64,000 nt of DNA from Oopsacas minuta. Taxonomy: Eukaryota > Animalia > Porifera. Shown here one piece after another: positions 49,706 through 58,181 of this stretch. The notes below the pieces were generated by a model. The model had not been told where the DNA came from. It did not search any database and was given only the letters and a program-made list of their open reading frames with translations. Every line of letters starts with the position of its first letter. Positions within the stretch are counted from its first letter, which is position 1. Location: NCBI GenBank assembly GCA_024704765.1, contig JAKMXF010000088.1:248001-312000 (forward strand), written 5' to 3'. The position numbers were made by a program, and so were the translations under genes.

Positions 49706-50439
49706 TATTTTAAAAGCAATGATTTTGTTTCGAGATTATGTGACAGTAGATTAAGAAAGCTAATTAATGTGATACCAATTATATAGCTTATCGTCTTCTG
49801 GTTCCGGCCCTAGCCCTGAATTGGGGACTTATAGTGCCTGCATACCCTCTGCTTGTTGGTTATCCCTCGCCAGAACTTCTGGTATCCGTCAGTGGCCCCA
49901 ACCCTTAGGATGCCCCACCGTTTGGGAGCCTGCACCTCTTTGGGGCTTACAAGGCTGGGTGTACTACGTTACTGCCTTACTGGCCGTAAATACAGTATCA
50001 AATATTCGCAATTAGTATTCATGAATTCATATGAACATGTTACGAACATACAAATTGTGATGGTTGCCCCACCGAATCATTGGACTAAGGTCCTCCAATT
50101 CTCTTAATATAACCCTGGGTATTTACTGTCAATATATTCGCCACTCTCCTGACCCCAGTGGCTTAGCTAAAATAATGCTACTCTCATTGGACAGTATACA
50201 TAATGCCCATAGGGCAGAGGCAATATGCAGCCCTTTGGTCCCGGTCAATTCTTGACTGGAATTCTCAGGTAACCTTTGCTAGGTTATCTAATAACATTTT
50301 ACTCTAACATTGAAATCAATATGTATATATATCCAACAAGAATTCTATGGTACTATTGTTGTTTAGGCTATTGTTCCATGTAGCATGTAAGAACTGTAGT
50401 AGAGTTAGAAATTGAAACTAATATTGGGTATACTGTAAT

Positions 50440-51255
50440 ATGGGAGGAAAACAATCAAATCTGGGAAGGAAATGGCCTTACATAAAGAAGAAATCTCCTG
50501 TGACTACATTCGGGGTGAAAGGAGTTGGGAGAGGGGAATTTAGAGTGAACAGGGGTATCACTATAGATGAAGAACAAAGATTGTATGTAGTAGATAGGAA
50601 CAACCAGAGAATTCAGATATTCACAGATGAAGGTGAATATGTAACTGAAATACACCCAAACTTTAATACAAATTATCCCAATGATATAGCAGTTGGTGAT
50701 GGATGTATATTTGTGAGTAGTGTCCCTAACCTAATATACACATTTCAAGCTACTACAACGAATAATCTAATTAAGACTTATCTTTGGGAGATTAAAACAC
50801 CAAGAGGATTAACAGTAGACACCAATGGAGAATTGTATGTAGCTGATACATACGCTAATAGAGTTGTAGTTTTGAATTTAGAGCTAGAATGTATTCGGAA
50901 AATTGGGGAAGGATCACTTGATCGACCAACAGATGTCAAAATCCTTATGGATATAATATTTGTAGCTGATAACAATACTAGCAATACTATACATCTATTT
51001 TCCAAACTGGGAGATTTGGTGAATAGTTTTCTAAATATCAAAACTAATCCTATTATTCAAGATACATATATATGTTTCGATCTAGAGTATAATTTGATTG
51101 TGTGTTCTGTATTTAACGCATCAATAATGGTATTATCAAGTGAAGGAGTATTGATACATAAAATCAAATTAGAGGATAGTCCAAGAGGGATAGCTGTAAC
51201 AGATAATTTTCGTATTATTTGCTCAAATAACCAGAATAGTATTGTAATATTTTGA
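50440..51255 (+). CDS. Stand-alone NHL-repeat protein with an N-myristoylation-type start
   Basis: 271 aa; starts MGGKQS; NHL repeats GEF..NRGITID..LYVVDRNNQRIQIF, YPNDIAV, TPRGLTVD..LYVADT, RPTDV, SPRGIAV. Confidence 0.85.
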   Translation: MGGKQSNLGRKWPYIKKKSPVTTFGVKGVGRGEFRVNRGITIDEEQRLYVVDRNNQRIQIFTDEGEYVTEIHPNFNTNYPNDIAVGDGCIFVSSVPNLIYTFQATTTNNLIKTYLWEIKTPRGLTVDTNGELYVADTYANRVVVLNLELECIRKIGEGSLDRPTDVKILMDIIFVADNNTSNTIHLFSKLGDLVNSFLNIKTNPIIQDTYICFDLEYNLIVCSVFNASIMVLSSEGVLIHKIKLEDSPRGIAVTDNFRIICSNNQNSIVIF

Positions 51256-51699
51256 TTATCGCATCTTGTATGAGTTGTATTTGTACGAATGTATTATTTA
51301 AATTTTCCATTCTCCAGTATATTTATATTGATACATTTTCCTGTGACGACTGCCGACTACGTATACTTGTCCTGTTTTGAAATGGGTCCTATATTTTTTC
51401 TATATTTATCCGTAGAAGGTGCAGAACCAAATATTGTTTATTAAGTGCCGAAACTTTCAGAGTACAAGAACAAATACAGTAAGGTGTGCGTTAACGATTA
51501 ATTATCTAACACAATTTGCCACATTTGTGCCACTTCTTCACACCTTTTTGACCACTTGCAAATATTTTAGGTAAATATCAATATCATACTTAAAACAGTA
51601 CACTTGTATCAACTTCTTGAACAATAACTAATAATAAATTACTTACGAATCATTATTTACGAGCTATTATTGTTTATAGTCTCAATCCTCAACTAACAG

Positions 51700-54600
51700 A
51701 TGTCTAAATCGGCGGGGAAGTCTAAGAAAACAACTAGATCTGTTTTCGGAAAATTAGCCGCTAAAGTTAAAAGTCCCGATTTTTCTAGTCCTGAGCTAAA
51801 GAGTTCACACAGTGGTGGTGGTAAACTGACATCTTTCACAGGACAGAAGACTTCTCCAGGATGGGGTGGGGGTGCTAACAAAGCTCCTGCTCCTAGAAGC
51901 AAGAAGATGGAAGCTTTTTATGGTCAGGATGAACTTTGGGAAGCGAAAACTGAGCATCTAGATAACTTCAGTTATATGAATGATGATTTAGGAATGTTTG
52001 AATCTGTATCCAATGATTCAAACTTGGAAGGCGTAGACTTGACTATTCCAACGAAAGAATCTAAATTGATGTACAAACAAATGTCAATTGATGTTAACGA
52101 ACAACTACATGATAGTGGTATAAGTACGAATAGAAGGGCTACTCTACTAAATAGAGGTCTGAAGAAATTCGTTCAATCCGTTGCTCCGCCCTCACTTAAT
52201 ATTCCCTATAATCTAGACCTGAATGAGAATGTTCCTGTTAGAGGAGTTGCTATTGTTATTTCATTACACTGGACTATACCTGACATTGAAGGAGAGATTA
52301 AACCACTGAAAGAAGCACTACGAGCATTGAAGTATGACGTCATAGGCACATACGGAGTGAGTAAACAAGATCTCCTTGATATGAAGAAAGATTGGATGAG
52401 GCAATTGCAGTCATTGAAGTATCCGTCTTTTGTTTGTGTTGTTATTGGTTCCAGTGATATAGAACAAAACTTTGTTACTACAGACAATCAACTGTTATCA
52501 CGTGATGAAATTCTACAGGGTTTGGATTCTGGATTCCCACAGTATTTACCGAAATTATTTTTCTTCAATTCACTGCTCCCTCCAACCGCTACGAATATCA
52601 CCAAAGAATTACCAAATAACACATTGTATATGCATACCTATTTCGATACACGTATCTATGGTTCAAAGGCTGTTGTTACTCATCCTTTCTTAGAAACTTT
52701 CTATGACATCATACGTACCAGAGGTAATAAAGACGAATTTCAGGAAATGGTGCGTAGAGCTAAACACGTCTGTTTATCTTCTGTCAACGATTACAAAGCA
52801 TTGAACATACGTCAACACTCCACGCTTCAACGTCCTCTTTTCCTATTGCCTGATAATCTGATCGAAGCAGAAACGAATGTTTTACAGAGCTACTTTTCAT
52901 TGAAACAAGCTTATCCTATGTCAAACACATCGAACCATGGATTAGTTGTCCTCGGACTGATTGAAGATGCTTCCTGGACACAAACAGCTAAATACCAGAA
53001 GTCTACGCGGTCTATTTATAACAACTTAAAGACTACTTTACAGTTCTACAATCTTAAAGTGTCTACATTCGAGTTGCGCAGCAAATTAGATTATAAAAAC
53101 GAGCTTTTGAGGGAAGTACGTAGAAAAAATAATCAATACGATTTGGTTATTATTATACTGCTAGGGAGTAGTACGAATGAAAATCATATCAAGTTTCGTA
53201 CAGGACCAGAGATTCTATTGATCGGTGAAGTATTGGATGATTTGCAAGTTATTGGCCCTGATATCCCCAAACTACTTTTCATATCACAACTACTCCATCT
53301 TGACTCTAGAGAGAATGTGCCATCTCTGTTACGAAATAACAAGATGCAGAGTGAAGAAAAGGCTCCATTTATCCACAATTCGTATGTATTCCATGCTAAG
53401 AATAAAATGACGTCAAATTTAGAAGGAACATTTTTGAGCTCTCTAACTGAAGCTCTTAAGTGTAAATTCCGTAAGTTGGAATTCACGAAAATAGCAAGTT
53501 ACATGCGACTGAATTCTGCGGAAAAGAATTTGCTACCCCACTTTCTAGAAATGAATAATCTAGAAAGTCCTTTGTATCTTCTTCCAGAAGAGCTAAAAAT
53601 ATCAGCTGAGCTACTGTCTCGTGGGGAGGAGTTCGCTTCCCTCTATCAAGAGGCCTTGGACGATGGGTTAGAATTGTTAAGGTTCTATCGACTAATGGTT
53701 GTCGGACCTGAGGGTGTCGGGAAGACCTCCCTTCTCCGTGCTTTGACAGGACAGCCTTTTGAAGCCAACCAGACGAGCACTCCTTTCATTGACAAGTTTG
53801 ACGTGCAGATTCATAAAATCAGCAAAGATTGGAAACAGAATGAAGATCTTGATAGCTATGCTGACAGGCTCTTAGATACGAAGGAACAGATGGCAGTGAA
53901 CTATGTAGTAGGTAAGTTGAAAGAGAATATACGAAAAGAATCAACATCAACTCTAATAGAACCTGACATGTGTCCATTAGACCTGTATGAGTTCTGTATC
54001 GATGATCCTAGTGTTTTCACTACAGAACCTAGCATTCCTATGTCCACTACCAATAACCTTGACAACCAAATCAGTGGTAATGCTGGACTGGCTACCTTAG
54101 ATAGCATTCCATCTTCCTCTAACAGTATCCTAGCTACTCAGGATAGTATGGATGTAACAAAGAGCTTTACACAGGTCTACACTACCCCTATTGTAGAAGG
54201 AGAGAAGCCTGCTATGAATCAGGAATTTGAAATTCCTCCTGACGATATAATACCTGATGAACAGTGTTCTAGGTCAAGTGTTAATAAATCACCTCCACTT
54301 CTTCCTATTGAAAGCGAAGATACCCCTCCTGTCACTTCAGTAGGTGCCGTAGTTCCACCACCATTTCCTGAGGTAAATCCCGCAGTTCTCCCTCCAGTTC
54401 ATTCTGTTAATCCTGCAATTCTTCCTCCCAATCCTTCAACAAAACCAGTAGTTTCCCCTCCTGTTCCTCCTGTAAAAGCAGCAGCTACCACTCTAGCAAT
54501 TTCGGGACTCATTCCACCTCCACCTGCTGACATGCCACCAGAATTCTTACCAAAAATTTCCCATAAGTCAATTGATTCAAACGCAACGCCTAATGATGAC

Positions 54601-57510
54601 GTAATTAAACTCGAGACTCTTGACTTAAAAGAGAACTTAATCGATATTCCAATAAACAAGATATACTCTACACTGAATCAGGACGCTGAATCTAAGAACG
54701 TAGAGCATCCAGATTTCCTAACTGCGTGGGATTTCGCTGGACAGAATTATCTCTATTGCTTCCATTCTCTATTTCTCTCTCCACGAGCTATCTACTTGTT
54801 ACTCATAGATTTAGCTGTTGAAGATTTGAACGCAGATATAAACATCCGCGAGGAACGTAAAGATAGGTTATCTCAAAGAAGTTATGCTGGTGTACCCAAA
54901 ACCTATTTAGAAGCAATCGAATTTTGGTTGAATGCGATCTACTCTGTAGCTCGTATGCCATTGTCTGAGCATTATTCACGTCATTCTAAAGTTGTATTTA
55001 TATTTTCACGAGCTGATAAGTGTGAAGAACCGAAAGCAAGAGCAATCGAACACTTTGAAACGATACAAGATTATATGATAGGTAAGAGTAATGCATTTTC
55101 TATCGTCCATATGAATATAGATGATCCAATTGTTATAAGCTGTAAGCCAGGTAGTCCATATCTCCAGAATATTAACCAAATTAAAGATCTATTGGAAGGT
55201 ATTTCAGATACAGTAGCATTTAGACAGGAAATACCGATTAGGTGGTTAGAGCTAGCAAGAGCTATTCTACATGAGAGAAGCCCATTTATAAGTCATAGAC
55301 GTTTAGAGCTTTTGTGTGAGAAACACGGCTGTACAAAAGATTTTAGCCCTCTCATTTCTCTTTTTCATGATATTGGATTCTTTTTCTACCAGAAAGGGAT
55401 TGTTATACGAGACATACAGACCTTCCTCAACATAATCTATCATGTCATTTCACCTCAATATGGTGATAAGATTGTTGAAAAGGCAAAGGATTTTGATAGA
55501 GCATTTTTAAAGCAAGATTTGCTTGATTGTCAAAACGCAGGTAGAATTACCAATAAACTTCTTAACCATATTCTGTTGTTAGATGATGATATATCTCATG
55601 TAAGAGAAGAAGTAGTACAGTTGTTGCTTACTTATGGAGTTATAATAGATTCACAAGCAGAAACTAGAAACCCATTCTACTATGTGCCTTACCTTATGAC
55701 AGGGAATTTGGAGGAATTATCAGCTGTTGATGATGATATAAATACAGCTTATATATCTGTTGATGATAAATCAAGTCAAACATTCTATCTCTACTTTCCT
55801 GATGGATTTATCCCAGCAGCTGTTTACTTCAGTCTCCTGAGTCAATGTCTTAAATTCAATAAGTTGAAAGGTCAGCCACAACCTCTTCTTGGTTTTGACT
55901 GTGCACGCTTTCAGTTGTCACACGACCATTCTTTCATCCTAGACTTTTGCTCCAATAAATGTTACATTCGTGTGTTATTCAACAGTGCATTGACTCACTC
56001 TTACCATTTAACAGAGCGATTAAATTTCTTACATTTTATACAGACTCACATATCTGAAATACAAGGCAATATCATACCGTGTGGTAACGCAGCTAAGATA
56101 GCTGTTGAGTGTAGATGCAGAGAATTGTATTTAATGAAGAAACTTGTACAACCTTGTGTATTTCTTGATCAACTGCTTTCCACACCCACAGGTTATCGTA
56201 CTTCATGGTGTCATACCTCACAAAAATACGAAGAATGGAATCATCTGTTCATTGATAAGGATTTTTACTATGACATGTTACGAAGGCAGTTTAATAGCGA
56301 TGAGTTGGCCAAATTCATTTTCGACAATATTGATGTGTTTGAGGAACATTTGAATATATTGACACTGTCGAGACAGTTGTATTTCGGTGGCCTATTCACA
56401 GCTATTGATCTGTCAATGTTGCTGTCAAAAGAGAAGAATGAAATGACAGCTGAAGGCATTCTTGCTCAGCTGCTGCATCAATCGAATAATTGGGCTCTCA
56501 GGTTCTATCTGTGTTTACAGAGAGAGACTTCACATTCTGGTCATTTGTTCTTAGTTCAATTCGTTGATTCGTTTCTGTTTCAAAAGCATTTAGAACAACA
56601 ACAGCAACAACAACAACTGGCAGCAGAAAATTCTGGTGAGGGAAAGCGAAAACGTTTCGCAGACATAAGGGGGAGTATTATGCCATCAGAAGATGAGTTT
56701 GACAGATATAAAATGAACTGTAATCCACACGGTATAGCAATGATTGTGAATATTGAAACATTTAAAGACGATGTCTCTATGACTAGGAAAGGCTCTCATC
56801 ACGATTTTATCCAACTCCGTGAGACTTTTGAGCAGCTACAGTATGTTGTATTAGGTTTTGAAGATTTGACGAAACGCCAGTTTAAGAAACAGCTTTTGAA
56901 TGTACGAAAAATGGACCATCATAAATATGATTCGTTCATATGTGTAATCATGTCCCATGGTGATGAGAAAGATAACGTTATAACTCATGACAAACTAAAG
57001 ATTAGTAAACAGGAAATACTCAATGAGTTTAAACCTGAGTACTGTCCTGGGTTGATTAAGAAGCCGAAAATATTTATTTTTCAAGCATGCAGAGGATCGA
57101 AAAATGAATTTGAGCCAGCAATTGGAGATGATGTTGATGGTGTAGAACACACAGAACCAGATCTCACAAACGAAGGAGAAGACGACTTGATTCTGACTGA
57201 TGAACTATTCTTGACCCGAGAAGATCCTTCAGTCAAACTAATTACCAACTACGACAGATCAATCACAGTCCACCACCAGAGTGATACCTTCATTGGCAAT
57301 TCTACTGTACAAAACTATGTATCATATCGTGATCCATCAAAAGGATCGATGTTCATACAATCTTTCTGTAAAGTTATACAATACACACGATATGAGGAGT
57401 TCCAACATATCATGAATGAAGTTCGTCGACGTGTATCAATGCTTTCCAAGAAGTATGTACAGTGCACTGAGGATATAAACCATCTTACTGCTAAATTGTA
57501 TTTCTTCTAA
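51700..57510 (+). CDS. ROCO-caspase fusion: two degenerate caspase domains, Roc, COR, death-fold-like segment, intact caspase (1,936 aa)
   Basis: P-loop GPEGVGKTS (53704), WDFAGQ (54727), EAIEFWLNAI, COR start EIPIRWLELAR (55228); caspase SHG (56953) and QACRG (57082), ending LYFF. The N-terminal repeats have caspase-fold framework motifs but no catalytic residues. Confidence 0.9.
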   Translation: MSKSAGKSKKTTRSVFGKLAAKVKSPDFSSPELKSSHSGGGKLTSFTGQKTSPGWGGGANKAPAPRSKKMEAFYGQDELWEAKTEHLDNFSYMNDDLGMFESVSNDSNLEGVDLTIPTKESKLMYKQMSIDVNEQLHDSGISTNRRATLLNRGLKKFVQSVAPPSLNIPYNLDLNENVPVRGVAIVISLHWTIPDIEGEIKPLKEALRALKYDVIGTYGVSKQDLLDMKKDWMRQLQSLKYPSFVCVVIGSSDIEQNFVTTDNQLLSRDEILQGLDSGFPQYLPKLFFFNSLLPPTATNITKELPNNTLYMHTYFDTRIYGSKAVVTHPFLETFYDIIRTRGNKDEFQEMVRRAKHVCLSSVNDYKALNIRQHSTLQRPLFLLPDNLIEAETNVLQSYFSLKQAYPMSNTSNHGLVVLGLIEDASWTQTAKYQKSTRSIYNNLKTTLQFYNLKVSTFELRSKLDYKNELLREVRRKNNQYDLVIIILLGSSTNENHIKFRTGPEILLIGEVLDDLQVIGPDIPKLLFISQLLHLDSRENVPSLLRNNKMQSEEKAPFIHNSYVFHAKNKMTSNLEGTFLSSLTEALKCKFRKLEFTKIASYMRLNSAEKNLLPHFLEMNNLESPLYLLPEELKISAELLSRGEEFASLYQEALDDGLELLRFYRLMVVGPEGVGKTSLLRALTGQPFEANQTSTPFIDKFDVQIHKISKDWKQNEDLDSYADRLLDTKEQMAVNYVVGKLKENIRKESTSTLIEPDMCPLDLYEFCIDDPSVFTTEPSIPMSTTNNLDNQISGNAGLATLDSIPSSSNSILATQDSMDVTKSFTQVYTTPIVEGEKPAMNQEFEIPPDDIIPDEQCSRSSVNKSPPLLPIESEDTPPVTSVGAVVPPPFPEVNPAVLPPVHSVNPAILPPNPSTKPVVSPPVPPVKAAATTLAISGLIPPPPADMPPEFLPKISHKSIDSNATPNDDVIKLETLDLKENLIDIPINKIYSTLNQDAESKNVEHPDFLTAWDFAGQNYLYCFHSLFLSPRAIYLLLIDLAVEDLNADINIREERKDRLSQRSYAGVPKTYLEAIEFWLNAIYSVARMPLSEHYSRHSKVVFIFSRADKCEEPKARAIEHFETIQDYMIGKSNAFSIVHMNIDDPIVISCKPGSPYLQNINQIKDLLEGISDTVAFRQEIPIRWLELARAILHERSPFISHRRLELLCEKHGCTKDFSPLISLFHDIGFFFYQKGIVIRDIQTFLNIIYHVISPQYGDKIVEKAKDFDRAFLKQDLLDCQNAGRITNKLLNHILLLDDDISHVREEVVQLLLTYGVIIDSQAETRNPFYYVPYLMTGNLEELSAVDDDINTAYISVDDKSSQTFYLYFPDGFIPAAVYFSLLSQCLKFNKLKGQPQPLLGFDCARFQLSHDHSFILDFCSNKCYIRVLFNSALTHSYHLTERLNFLHFIQTHISEIQGNIIPCGNAAKIAVECRCRELYLMKKLVQPCVFLDQLLSTPTGYRTSWCHTSQKYEEWNHLFIDKDFYYDMLRRQFNSDELAKFIFDNIDVFEEHLNILTLSRQLYFGGLFTAIDLSMLLSKEKNEMTAEGILAQLLHQSNNWALRFYLCLQRETSHSGHLFLVQFVDSFLFQKHLEQQQQQQQLAAENSGEGKRKRFADIRGSIMPSEDEFDRYKMNCNPHGIAMIVNIETFKDDVSMTRKGSHHDFIQLRETFEQLQYVVLGFEDLTKRQFKKQLLNVRKMDHHKYDSFICVIMSHGDEKDNVITHDKLKISKQEILNEFKPEYCPGLIKKPKIFIFQACRGSKNEFEPAIGDDVDGVEHTEPDLTNEGEDDLILTDELFLTREDPSVKLITNYDRSITVHHQSDTFIGNSTVQNYVSYRDPSKGSMFIQSFCKVIQYTRYEEFQHIMNEVRRRVSMLSKKYVQCTEDINHLTAKLYFF

Positions 57511-58181
57511 TAGCGGTATCCTGAGTTTTGTGTTTGTACTCAGCATAGAGAGATTTGTTATTTATTTATTTCGATACATTTGTGAATTCAGGTTTTTAGC
57601 ATTACCCCCCATATACAAATTCCAATTACTATAATTTGTAATCTAGTGCATATAATATGTATTATGTGTATTGAGTTATACTAAATTCAAAAGATGGAAT
57701 TTCAATTGTGTATAGACCCAACCGTTCTTTGTGTGTAATTCGAAAGTTACTTCCTTTTCGCAACAGTGATCTAACTGATCTTCTTTCAATCGTAAATTTG
57801 TTCTCTAATTCTGTCTAAAGAGGAGGGTGGACATTTCCCAGGCTGACACGATGGACGAACTTCGGTTATTGGCATTGTCTATACCTTAAATGTAAATTGA
57901 GTTTATCATGTGGCCCCGTGTTTAAATCAAAATCTGTAATTAGCCCGTAATTTGAAGAAATCACACCACAAAATATATAACTAATCTCATACAAAAGATA
58001 CAATATTAATAAACTACAGTTTACTCCACTAAATAGCAACTTCAAATACAATAATTAAAATACAATTACAATTACTTATAATGTTGTTTTTTGCGAATGT
58101 TTTGACTTACAATTTTAATGGAATATACTCTCATGCACACTTATACTTACAGTTACAACTAAAATAATTACATTTGATTTA

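Noticed and set aside
49800-50280. GC-rich non-coding stretch as a possible structural RNA or LTR
   Set aside because: No tRNA, rRNA or snRNA signature and no partner LTR recognised; would need an Rfam/Dfam search.
51693-56459. Antisense and alternate-frame ORFs within the ROCO-caspase
   Set aside because: Shadow ORFs with no independent signal.
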